A model generated the notes under the pieces. It saw only the letters and a list, made by a program, of their open reading frames with translations, ran no database searches and had not been told where the DNA came from. Positions 1-8,720 of a stretch of DNA of 64,000 bases are shown piece after piece. A program made the translations under genes and the position numbers. The stretch is from Alphaproteobacteria bacterium (GTDB lineage: Bacteria; Pseudomonadota; Alphaproteobacteria; MPNO01; UBA830): the NCBI GenBank assembly GCA_965243135.1, contig OZ251539.1, positions 960,001-1,024,000 of the forward strand, read 5' to 3'. The first letter of the stretch is position 1. Each line of letters opens with the position of its first letter.

Positions 1-368
1 AGCATCGCGATCGTGTCGCGATGGGTCGTCTGTTCGTAGACGTCTTGCCGGAGGGCCGCCAGCGCCGGATGGTCGCGCCGAGCCTTCGCCGCGGTGCCCA
101 TCGGCAAGTCGTGAAGTTCGGTGATCGCCGAGACGATCTCGCGCCGCTCGTCGGGCACGTCGTGGAGCGCCATGTGCATTTCCTTGCAGCCGCAGACCGC
201 GTTGAGCTTCTCCGGCTTGCGGCGCTTCGCTTCGAAGATCCGCCAGATCGCCTCCGGGGCGCAGGCCACGATGACGTAACCGACGTCCGTCGGGACGATT
301 CCGATGCCGCCTTCCGCGAGCGCCTCGTAGACGCGGCGAGCGTCCGTTTCGTAATCGTGAAGCCGCAT
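1..368 (-). CDS. Sua5/YciO/YrdC-family protein (5' part; continues beyond window start)
   Basis: Not in the ORF track. Manual translation MRLHDYETDARRVYEALAEGGIGIVPTDVGY...IFEAKRRKPEK matches the YrdC PTDxxY and IFxxKxR pattern; GGAGG precedes the ATG. Confidence 0.7.
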   Translation of the reverse strand, partial: MRLHDYETDARRVYEALAEGGIGIVPTDVGYVIVACAPEAIWRIFEAKRRKPEKLNAVCGCKEMHMALHDVPDERREIVSAITELHDLPMGTAAKARRDHPALAALRQDVYEQTTHRDTIAM

Positions 369-430
369 CGGCACCTCCGCGTAGAGTCGCGAATCACCGT
401 CCGAACGGGAGTCGCTGACCGTCCCTCCCG

Positions 431-455
431 TCCCGGCCGCGGCGGACGGAGGCCT
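431..455. repeat. 25-bp direct repeat, copy 1
   Basis: tcccggccgcggcggacggaggcct; matches 1619-1643 at 24/25. Confidence 0.85.
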
Positions 456-498
456 TTCGTCAAATATAGTCGATTCCACGAGACGCTGCTTTCGGCGT

Positions 499-669
499 AT
501 GCAAGTCGGACTTCACCGGTTCATGCGGACAGCGTGGCTCCGAACGGCAGTCGCCGTGTCGGACGCACCCGGCGTCAGCTGGCCCACGAGCTGTGCGAGC
601 GCGAAGACTGGCGCAACGAGAAGGGCGAACTTTGCCTCGGCACGGCGGATCCTGCCGGAGCTCGCCGAG
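499..669 (+). pseudogene. Frameshifted N-terminal fragment of a DUF4338-type IS4 transposase
   Basis: Joined frames read MQVGLHRF...RRQLAHELCEREDWRNEKGELC..SARRILPELAER, resembling RGQLVDRVCAAFGFRDGRGRWQRVTCRKALTALE in the intact transposase at 13580. Confidence 0.55.
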
Positions 670-1334
670 CGCAGGTTCGGCAACTACTGGTTCCAGAGCG
701 GCACGCCGACCTTCCTGGTCGAGACGCTGACGCGCCGCGACCTGCCCACATGGACGGCATGACCGGCAGCGAGAGCCTGCTCTCGGCCTTCGACGTGGAC
801 AATGTCGAGGCGCTTCTGTTCCAGACCGGCTACCTCAGTGCGCCGGCGAGGAGGACGGGCGCTACCGGCTGGACTACCCGAACCTCGAGGTGCGCCAGAG
901 CCTGGGCGAGGTCCTGCTGGGAGAACTGCTCCCGGTCGAGGCCCGCAAGAAGACGGGGCGCCTGCGGCTGGGCGAACTGCTGGAGGCGAACGACTTCGAA
1001 CGCACCCTGTTCCGCGGCGTCTTCGCCCCGCACCAGTGGTACGCGACCAGCCCGGTCGCGAAGTACGAGGCCCACTACGCGAGCGTCCAGCTGCTTGGAG
1101 GGCTTCGAGCCGGTGGCCGAGGACAGCGGCAGCCGGGGGCGCGCCGACATGGCGATCCGCGCCGGCGGGGGCGTCTACCTGTTCGAGTTCAAGGTGGTGG
1201 AGCGCGGACGGGAGGGGACCGCGCAGTTGCGGGAGAAGGGATACGCGGACAAGTACCGCAATCTCGGACGTTCGGTCCACCTGGTGGAGTTCAGCCGCGA
1301 AGAGCGCAACGTCGTCGGGTTCGAGACCGCCTGA
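670..1334 (+). pseudogene. 3' fragment of AAA-ATPase/PD-(D/E)XK nuclease gene (copy A)
   Basis: Near-identical to 12175-12894 (FGNYWF...GRADMAIRAGGGVYLFEFK...) but with several frameshifting or in-frame 5-7-bp deletions. Confidence 0.9.
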
Positions 1335-1483
1335 AGCCGGACGAGTTCGACGTCCCGTTCGGACACGGCCGCCTCCGCGAAAGAACGCCGCCCGCGGTCC
1401 GGCCTGCGGCGGCCGCCGATTCGTCGCCTCGCGCGGCGCTCGACCGGAAAGCGCCTGAAAGGTCGCGGGAAGGCGTCCGCGGG

Positions 1484-1544
1484 GCCGGCTGCTTGTCGCG
1501 CGACGCAGCGCGAGACAGGCCTGACCTCAAGGCCTACGTTCTAC
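1484..1544. repeat. Partial copy of a dispersed palindromic repeat with an AGGCCT hairpin (REP-like)
   Basis: gccggctgcttgtcgcgcg...gacaggcctg shared with 11198-11309 and 16039-16157; AGGCCT-7nt-AGGCCT followed by CTAC (GTAG on the minus strand). Confidence 0.55.
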
Positions 1545-1618
1545 CAGGCGCCAAGGAACAACGATACGCTCAAGGACTCAACAACAATGGCGGGGGGTTG
1601 AAAGGTCGCTGGCCGCCC

Positions 1619-1659
1619 TCCCGGCCGCGGCGGACGAAGGCCTCGCCGGGACGGGAGGG
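1619..1659. repeat. 25-bp direct repeat, copy 2, plus right arm of a hairpin (probable terminator of the RiPP precursor gene)
   Basis: 1619-1643 repeats 431-455; 1645-1659 gccgggacgggaggg is the exact reverse complement of 423-437. Confidence 0.75.
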
Positions 1660-1671
1660 GCGGACGGCGCG

Positions 1672-2073
1672 CTACGCCCATGGCAAGGCGCCGCCCGAGT
1701 CCACGCTGCCGACGCAGCCTGCGGTGCTGAGCGAGCTCGCGGTCGAGGGAACGGTTCCGGCGCACGCCAGCGAGCCCGCGGTGCTCGCGGTCTTGCCGCC
1801 GCCGGAGACCACCATCAGCGCCTCGTCCTGGAGCATCTGGTTCGGGTCGGGAGGCATGGCCAGGTGGAAGATGTCGCGGGTGTTGAGGACGACCTTCACG
1901 TCCATACCCGCCGGAACGTCGTGCCCATGCTCCCGCAAAATGTCTTTCGGATGCTCCTCGACCTCGCGCAGCCGATCCTCGTCGGAGCGGCAGGCGTCGG
2001 CGAGGTCTTGGAAAGCGCGGGCGCGCTGAAGGAAGATGTCGTGGGCGCCTTCTTGGTGGATGTTATCTCGCAT
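1672..2073 (-). CDS. NHLP (nitrile-hydratase-like leader) RiPP precursor, proteusin/TOMM-like
   Basis: Leader ...HPKDILREHGHDVPAGMDVKVVLNTRDIFHLAMPPDPNQMLQDEALMVVSGG ends in a double-Gly; core GKTASTAGSLACAGTVPSTASSLSTAGCVGSVDSGGALPWA is S/T/C/G/A-rich; AGGAG RBS. Confidence 0.85.
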   Translation of the reverse strand: MRDNIHQEGAHDIFLQRARAFQDLADACRSDEDRLREVEEHPKDILREHGHDVPAGMDVKVVLNTRDIFHLAMPPDPNQMLQDEALMVVSGGGKTASTAGSLACAGTVPSTASSLSTAGCVGSVDSGGALPWA

Positions 2074-2447
2074 GATCGTCTCTCCTGCGATGTTCGGGTG
2101 AAGGTTCTGTCCAGCGGTTCGAGATACTGGAACCCAATCCCCGAGTCTTCAGCATCATCATCCACTCCGTAGCGGAGGGGGTAAACCCTAATTTCACGCC
2201 TCCCGAGCGAGGAGGCGAACCGGAGGCGCGGTCGTGGGGCGGCTTGGGGCGGAATCCGCGAAAACGGCGTTCTCGGCGTGGAAATTCGCGGTTTTCCGTA
2301 CCCGGGGCAAGGCCGCACCCGTAAAAATTGCCTGCGCTTCAGGACGTCAGGAACGACGCGGGAGTTTCGTCGGCGTTTTTTCGCGCCGGAACTCTTGGCG
2401 AAAGAGCGACTCGCCGCTATACCGCCATTTTTCCGGAGAACGTTGCC

Positions 2448-3629
2448 ATGGATGCAGACGCCCGTACGGCGAGCGGGCTTCGCCGCGCGATCGAGGAACT
2501 TCCCGAATCGCTTATCCGTCATGTAGCGGAACCCAACATGGATCGCGAGGGGTTGGTGCGCTTGTGGTTCGGCGAACCCGACGTTCCGACTCCCGAGTTC
2601 ATCAAGCGCGCCGCGGTGGCGGCTCTGGCCGACAACCGGGTCTTCTACGCCAACAACCGGGGCGTGCTCGCTCTTCGCGAGGCCATCGTCGAGTACGCGA
2701 CCCGGTTGCATGGGCGCGAGGTCGCCCTCGAGCGCATCACGGTCACCGGATCGGGCATGAACGCCATCATGATCGTCTCGGAGGCCTTGATGTCTCCGGG
2801 CGACAACATGGTTGCCGTCGGACCGGTCTGGCCCAACTGCAGGGAAACGGTCCGCATCATGGGCGCGGAACCTCGCCAGGTTTCGCTGCGGCTCGGCGCG
2901 GACGGACGCTGGCGTCTCGGCGTCGACGAACTCTTCGCCGCCTGCGACGAGCGCACTCGCGCCGTCTTCGTCAATTCGCCGGGCAACCCGACGGGATGGG
3001 TGATGTCGGCCGAGGAACAGCGGACGGTTCTCGACGAATGCCGGCGGCGCGGCATCTGGGTGGTCGCAGACGAGGTCTATATCCGGCTTGCCTACGAGCA
3101 GGAGCTCGGGCGCGCGCCTTCCTTCCTCGACGTCGCGGAGGAGGAAGATCGCGTGGTCGTGATCAATTCGTTTTCCAAATCATGGTCGATGACGGGCTGG
3201 CGGCTGGGTTGGCTCACGCATCCGGCCGCCGCGGGGGACGAATTCGCGAAGCTCATGGAATACAACATCGCCAACCCTACGACCTTCGTGCAATACGCCG
3301 GAATAACCGCGATACGCGACGGCGAGGACTTCGTCGCGGAGACGATCGCCCGCTACCGGCGCAATCGGGACATCGTGGTCCAGCGTCTCGGCTCCATGCG
3401 GCGCGTTCGGCTGTCGCGGCCCGAGGGCGCGATTTACGCGTTTTTCTCGGTCGACGGCATGACGGATTCGGTCGCCTTCGCGCAGCGGCTCATCGACGAG
3501 GCCGGCGTCGGCCTTGCGCCCGGCCGCGCCTTCGGCGAGGACGGAGAGGGCTGGATGCGCCTTTGCTTCGCCGCCGACGCGGCGACCGTCTCGGAGGCGA
3601 TGGACCGGCTGGAGTCGGCGCTGGATTGA
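2448..3629 (+). CDS. PLP-dependent aminotransferase class I/II
   Basis: GEPD, NSPGNPTG, ADEVY and SFSKSWSMTGWRLGW motifs. Confidence 0.92.
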   Translation: MDADARTASGLRRAIEELPESLIRHVAEPNMDREGLVRLWFGEPDVPTPEFIKRAAVAALADNRVFYANNRGVLALREAIVEYATRLHGREVALERITVTGSGMNAIMIVSEALMSPGDNMVAVGPVWPNCRETVRIMGAEPRQVSLRLGADGRWRLGVDELFAACDERTRAVFVNSPGNPTGWVMSAEEQRTVLDECRRRGIWVVADEVYIRLAYEQELGRAPSFLDVAEEEDRVVVINSFSKSWSMTGWRLGWLTHPAAAGDEFAKLMEYNIANPTTFVQYAGITAIRDGEDFVAETIARYRRNRDIVVQRLGSMRRVRLSRPEGAIYAFFSVDGMTDSVAFAQRLIDEAGVGLAPGRAFGEDGEGWMRLCFAADAATVSEAMDRLESALD

Positions 3630-3689
3630 GACGCCGCGCAATTTTACGAGGGGCGCGGGCGGCTATCCGGCGGATGGCCCGGAGACCGC

Positions 3690-4955
3690 TCAGGCGACTC
3701 CCGGCGCGAATTCCTCGTCGCCGCCCGGACGGCTCCGGGTCAGCAGCGCCGCGACGATCGCGAGATTGGCGGCATTCGCGGCGACGCCGATCAGAAACGG
3801 CAGAACGTAGTCGCCGGTCGCGTCGAACAGAGCCCCCGCGAACCAGCTTCCGAACCCCATGGACGCCGCGCCGAACAGAAACACCAATCCGGTGCGGCGG
3901 CCGGCCTCCATGGGCGGCATGTATTCGCGGATGAGGATGGCGTAGACCGGAAAGATGCCGCCGTAGCCGAGCCCGAAGCCGACGCCCACGATATAGAGCG
4001 CGTAAACCGTGTCGGCGAAGGTGAGCAGGCCGAGCGTTATCGCCTGGACGCCGGAAAAGAAGAACAACGCCCACAGCGCGCCGAATCGGTCCGCGAGGAG
4101 ACCGACCACGACCACGCGGCTCACGAAGGCGGCCATCAGGGTGACCGAAAGGATCTCCACCGCGTTCGTCAGAGCCAGGCCCTTGTCGGTCGCGTGCGAG
4201 ATGAGATGGGCGAGCGGCATGGCCATCGCGATGCAGCAGCCGAGGATGGCGACGCACAGGATGGTTTGCAATCTGGCGTGGCTGAACGGCATCCGGCTGC
4301 GGCGCGGACCCCGCCTCGGCTTGCTCCCGTCCTTTTCGAGGGCCTCGGCCTCGGCGAGCGTACCGGGCGGCGGCGGAGCGCGGACGAAGACGGCGGCCAG
4401 CGGCAGCATGACGCAAGCGGCGAAGATCCCGAAGCCCAGAAAGCCGTCGCGCCAGCCGACCCACGCGACGACATGGCCGAACACGGCGGGCCAGACGATG
4501 CCGGCAAGGCTCTGTCCGCTCGCGACGATGCCCACCACCATCCCGCGACGCCGCTCGTACCAGCGGGCGATGTTGGCGAGCATCGGCGCGTAGAGGCTGC
4601 CCTGGCCGAAGAAGCCGAAGAGAACGAGATAGATCGCGTAGAGTTGGACGGGAGTCTCGACGAAGACCGTCAGCACCGCGCCGGACGCGACCGAGACGGC
4701 GGCCGTCAAGGGCGGAACGACGGCGCCCAGGCGGTCGAGGGCGTATCCCATGACCATGCCGCCGCATCCGCCGCCGAGGAACTGGAGAGCGAAAGCGAGG
4801 GAGGGCACTTCGCGCGGCCAGCCGAATTCCGCCGCGAGATCCTTGAGCGTCACCGAGATCAGGAACAGGCTGCCGGAGGCGACGAAGATGAGCGTCGTGG
4901 ACGCGGCGAGCAGATAGAACCGGAATCTCAGGATGCCTCGGAGACGGTCGGCCAT
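3690..4955 (-). CDS. MFS transporter
   Basis: About 12 hydrophobic segments; GYALDRLG and GLLADRFG motif A copies. Confidence 0.9.
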   Translation of the reverse strand: MADRLRGILRFRFYLLAASTTLIFVASGSLFLISVTLKDLAAEFGWPREVPSLAFALQFLGGGCGGMVMGYALDRLGAVVPPLTAAVSVASGAVLTVFVETPVQLYAIYLVLFGFFGQGSLYAPMLANIARWYERRRGMVVGIVASGQSLAGIVWPAVFGHVVAWVGWRDGFLGFGIFAACVMLPLAAVFVRAPPPPGTLAEAEALEKDGSKPRRGPRRSRMPFSHARLQTILCVAILGCCIAMAMPLAHLISHATDKGLALTNAVEILSVTLMAAFVSRVVVVGLLADRFGALWALFFFSGVQAITLGLLTFADTVYALYIVGVGFGLGYGGIFPVYAILIREYMPPMEAGRRTGLVFLFGAASMGFGSWFAGALFDATGDYVLPFLIGVAANAANLAIVAALLTRSRPGGDEEFAPGVA

Positions 4956-4959
4956 CTCT

Positions 4960-5400
4960 CTACGCCGCGACGGGGGCGGTCGGTTCGAGGCTCGCGTATG
5001 CCCGCAGCAAGAGCCGGCGCAGCGTTTCGACCTCCGACCGGGAGAGGCCGGCGACGGCGCGGGCCTCCAGAGCGACCGCCTCGGGAATCAGTTTCTCGGT
5101 GGCGCGCTTCCCCTCGGGCGTGAGGCGAACGTTGACCGTGCGCGAATCGCCGTCGTCGCGGCTGCGAAGCGCCAGCCCCTTGGCATCCATGCGGCCGATC
5201 AGCCGGGACAGGGTCGACAGGTTGATGCTGGTGAGTTCCGAGAGCTCGCCCACCGGCAGGTCGCCGTGCCGGTGAAGGACGCTGAGCGCCCGCCACATCT
5301 GCACGTCGATGCCGGCTTCGGCGAGCGACGGGGTGAATTCGCTTACGAAGCGCTGGCCGAGCCGGTTGACGAGATAGGGGAGGTAGTTGTCGAGCTCCAT
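4960..5400 (-). CDS. MarR-family transcriptional regulator
   Basis: STLSRLIGRMDAKGL...DSRTVNVRLTPEG winged helix. Confidence 0.9.
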   Translation of the reverse strand: MELDNYLPYLVNRLGQRFVSEFTPSLAEAGIDVQMWRALSVLHRHGDLPVGELSELTSINLSTLSRLIGRMDAKGLALRSRDDGDSRTVNVRLTPEGKRATEKLIPEAVALEARAVAGLSRSEVETLRRLLLRAYASLEPTAPVAA

Positions 5401-5406
5401 GCGGCG

Positions 5407-6471
5407 TCAATCCGCCGCGGCGCGTTCGAACGCCGGCGCGACGCATTCCATGAACCGGTGCATCTGCTCCTTGACGAGCGCATGCGGCTTGTTGCCGACG
5501 TTGAAGTAGAGGATGACCTCCTCGATGCCGGCCGCTTCGACCTGCTTGAGCCTGTCCGCGATCTGCTGCGGACTGCCGATCAGGACGGAATTCGCCGACA
5601 GCTTGTCCTTCTCCATGTTGCGCAGGACCTCGTTGATCTTGAGGAAGTAATGCATCGTGGGCGGCATCTTCGCGGGGTCGTCGGGAAAGGCGCGCAGCAC
5701 GCAGTGCTTGAAATAGTCCATCATCGCCTGGCGTCCGGCGTCGTCCTCTTCCGGGGTTTCGGCGATATGAACGAAGTAGCTGCACATGGCGCGGCCGGGG
5801 GTTCCGCCGTTCTGGACGCAGGCTTCTCGGTACTTGTCCACGGCTTGTTCGATCCCGCCGTAGACCATCGTCGCGGCGAACGGGGCGTAGATCACGTTGA
5901 GCCCCCTGCGCGCCGCCATTTTCAGCGAGGTTTCGGAGAACGACGCGACGTAGAACGGTATCGGATTCTGCACGGGCTTCGGCGTGATCGACATGTCGTC
6001 GATGCGGTAGCACGCCCCGTGGTGCGACCAGAAGCCCGGCTCGGTCCAGGCCTTGAGCAGCACGTCGATGCCTTCCTCGAACATCTCGGCGGACTTCATG
6101 AAATCGGCGCCGAACGGCGCGTACTCGGCCCGGTCGTAGCCGCGTCCGGTCGCGAAATCGACGCGGCCGCCGGACAGGAGGTCGAGGGTCGCCCAGCACT
6201 CGGCGACGTGGATCGGGTGATGCAGCGGCAGCACGTTGACCGCCGGCGCGAAACGGATGTTCTTCGTTTCCGGTATGATGCTGGCGAGGAGGATGTCGGG
6301 GCGCGAATTCACTCCGAGGCGATCGAAGTGGTGCTCGCCGATCCAGGCCGAGTGATAGCCGAGCCGGTCGGCCAGGATCGCCTGCTCGCGGATTTCGAGG
6401 ACGAAGTCGCTCGCCGAGCGCGGGTTGTCCGGATAGTAGTTGTCGGAAAGGGTGAAGTAGCCGAATTCCAT
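5407..6471 (-). CDS. Luciferase-like (LLM) flavin-dependent monooxygenase
   Basis: MEFGYF, WIGEHHF, HPIHVAE..ATLDLLSGGRVDFATGRG motifs. Confidence 0.92.
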   Translation of the reverse strand: MEFGYFTLSDNYYPDNPRSASDFVLEIREQAILADRLGYHSAWIGEHHFDRLGVNSRPDILLASIIPETKNIRFAPAVNVLPLHHPIHVAECWATLDLLSGGRVDFATGRGYDRAEYAPFGADFMKSAEMFEEGIDVLLKAWTEPGFWSHHGACYRIDDMSITPKPVQNPIPFYVASFSETSLKMAARRGLNVIYAPFAATMVYGGIEQAVDKYREACVQNGGTPGRAMCSYFVHIAETPEEDDAGRQAMMDYFKHCVLRAFPDDPAKMPPTMHYFLKINEVLRNMEKDKLSANSVLIGSPQQIADRLKQVEAAGIEEVILYFNVGNKPHALVKEQMHRFMECVAPAFERAAAD

Positions 6472-6636
6472 GGCGCGGACTTCCTGCATTGGGGAGATGC
6501 GCCGGGAGGGTATCGCGCCCGCGCCTATATTTGCAAGTGCAAATTTCGCCGCGCCGGGGCCGGGAACGAAAGGCCGTTCCCCCGAACGCCGACAGCGGGT
6601 ATACTCGCGGCGGGCCCTGACGCATAGGAGGAGGAT

Positions 6637-7518
6637 ATGGGCGATCCCGTGTACCGGAACTACGACGCGGAGGCGCTCTGGGCGCAATACGATAACCGCG
6701 CCCAGATACCGGCGGAGACGTTCGACGCCATAAAGGCCGATCAGGCCGCCCGGTCGGCGGACTACCGCCGCACTGCGAGGCGCGCCTACCTAGATGTCGC
6801 CTACGATCGCCAGTGGCGGGAACGCCTGGACCTGTTCCTGCCCAGCAGCGGCAGGAGCTGGCCGCTGTTCGTCTTCATTCACGGCGGTTACTGGCAATGG
6901 AACAGGAAAGAAGGTTTCGAGTTCCTCGCCCGGGAACTCGTGGCCGCGGGCGCCGCTTTCGCCAGCGTCGAATACGCGTTGTGCCCGTCCGTGACGATGG
7001 AGGAATTGACCGATCAATGCCGCCGGGCGGCCGCTTATCTGTGGCGCGAGGCGGATTACTACGGTTACGATCGCGAGCGCTTCGTCGTGTCGGGCCATTC
7101 GGCTGGAGGGCATCTGGCGACGATGCTGCAGACCACCGTCTGGTTGAACGTCGCGGGAGATCTTCCCACTGGTTTCGTGACGGGGAGCTTGCCGATCAGC
7201 GGGATTTACGATCTCGAACCGATCCGGCTGACGCCGCTGAACGATGCGGTCCGCCTGGGGCAATCCGACGTTCCCGGCCTCAGCCCCATGTTCCTGAAAC
7301 CGACGTCGATGGGGCGGACCATCGTCGCCTACGGCGAAGCCGAATACGACGAGTTCCACCGCCAAGCGCGCGACCTCGCTTCCGCCTGGGCCGGACATGG
7401 AATGGAAACCAGCGTTCTGGAACTGCCGGGCCGCGATCACTTCACGGCGCTGAACGCGCTCGCCGAGCCCGACCACGAGTTGTTTCGGGCCGCGCTCGGG
7501 CTCCTGGGACTCGACTGA
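6637..7518 (+). CDS. Alpha/beta hydrolase, arylformamidase (kynurenine formamidase)-like
   Basis: FIHGGYW, GHSAGGHL nucleophile elbow, SGIYDLEP, DHF; AGGAGG RBS. Confidence 0.85.
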   Translation: MGDPVYRNYDAEALWAQYDNRAQIPAETFDAIKADQAARSADYRRTARRAYLDVAYDRQWRERLDLFLPSSGRSWPLFVFIHGGYWQWNRKEGFEFLARELVAAGAAFASVEYALCPSVTMEELTDQCRRAAAYLWREADYYGYDRERFVVSGHSAGGHLATMLQTTVWLNVAGDLPTGFVTGSLPISGIYDLEPIRLTPLNDAVRLGQSDVPGLSPMFLKPTSMGRTIVAYGEAEYDEFHRQARDLASAWAGHGMETSVLELPGRDHFTALNALAEPDHELFRAALGLLGLD

Positions 7519-7550
7519 ACGCCGACGGACCGTTCGGGAAATCCGGGTTC

Positions 7551-8402
7551 TCAGGCCTCGTTCACGATCGGGTTGGACAACGCGCCGATCCCGTCGAGTT
7601 CGACCTCGATCGTATCGCCTCCCTTCATGAACACCGGCGGCTTCCGGTAGTTGCCGACGCCGCCGGTGGTGCCGGTCGAGATGACGTCGCCCGGGTAGAG
7701 TTCCGTGACGGCGGTGAGGTAGGCGATGAGCTGATTGACGTCGAAAAGGAGATCGTCGGTCGTCGCGCGTTGCATTTCCTCGCCGTTGAGGCGCGTCGTC
7801 AACGTCATCTTGGTCGGATCGGGGATTTCGTCGGCGGTCACCATCCACGGTCCGAAAGCGCCCGAGCGGTAGAAGTTTTTCCCCGGCGCGAACTGGCTGG
7901 TGTGACGCTGGTAGTCGCGAACGGAGCCGTCGTTGTAGCAGGCGTATCCGGCGACGACCGAGAGCGCGTCCTCTTCCCTGACGTGGCGGCAGGTCTTGCC
8001 GATGACGACCGCCAGTTCCCCTTCGAAGTCGAACTTGTCGGAAACTCGCGGCTTGATCATCGGCTGGAGGTGGCCGACCTGGGAATTGGGGTAGCGCGTG
8101 AAGATCATCGGCCATTCGGGCGCCGGACGGTTGCCGCCCTCGAGCACGTGGCTGCGATAGTTGAGTCCGACGCACAGAATCTTGTCCGGGTTCGGAACGA
8201 CGGGCAGGAACTCCACGTCCTCGATGCGGTGATCGGGCGCCCTGTTCGCCGCGGCTTCGGCGATCTCGTCGAGGGCGTTCCGGGCGATGGCGTCGCGCAG
8301 CGTTTGCGCGCCGCCCGCCAGGGGCCGCGCGTCGACGATTCCCGCCTCGGTGACGACGCCGTAGGATTCCGTCCCGCCGACAGCGTAGCTGGTGATCCTC
8401 AT
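7551..8402 (-). CDS. Fumarylacetoacetate hydrolase family protein
   Basis: KILCVGLNY, DFEGELAVVIG, NDGSVRD, PGDVISTGT. Confidence 0.92.
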   Translation of the reverse strand: MRITSYAVGGTESYGVVTEAGIVDARPLAGGAQTLRDAIARNALDEIAEAAANRAPDHRIEDVEFLPVVPNPDKILCVGLNYRSHVLEGGNRPAPEWPMIFTRYPNSQVGHLQPMIKPRVSDKFDFEGELAVVIGKTCRHVREEDALSVVAGYACYNDGSVRDYQRHTSQFAPGKNFYRSGAFGPWMVTADEIPDPTKMTLTTRLNGEEMQRATTDDLLFDVNQLIAYLTAVTELYPGDVISTGTTGGVGNYRKPPVFMKGGDTIEVELDGIGALSNPIVNEA

Positions 8403-8720
8403 TCGATCCTCCGTTGCAATGCGCGCGCATACATAATGCCCGCCCGCATCGAGGGCAAACCGCCGCGCGTTCGGGGTCCGCGCCGGATGCGATTCGAAAA
8501 CCGGCGCCGGACGATCGAGGCCGGGCGGCCGGCTTGCGGCTGAAGCAGCGAAGACGGCGGGCGGGGCGCGGAAAATTCGCGGTTTTCCGCGCCCGAATCG
8601 GGGCGAAATTCCTTGCCCCTGAAAACCGTTTGCATTTCGAGACGTTGCGAACGGCGCGCGCGGCTCTTGACAGGGACCAGGGAGATGAATTAGGATGCCA
8701 GACTCCTATAACTGAAACGG

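Noticed and set aside
21-1334. 437-aa plus-strand ORF
   Set aside because: Chimera of the antisense of the YrdC-like gene and out-of-frame pseudogene pieces
453-1606. cctttc...gaaagg as terminal inverted repeats of a decayed IS
   Set aside because: Only 6 bp match; too short to support
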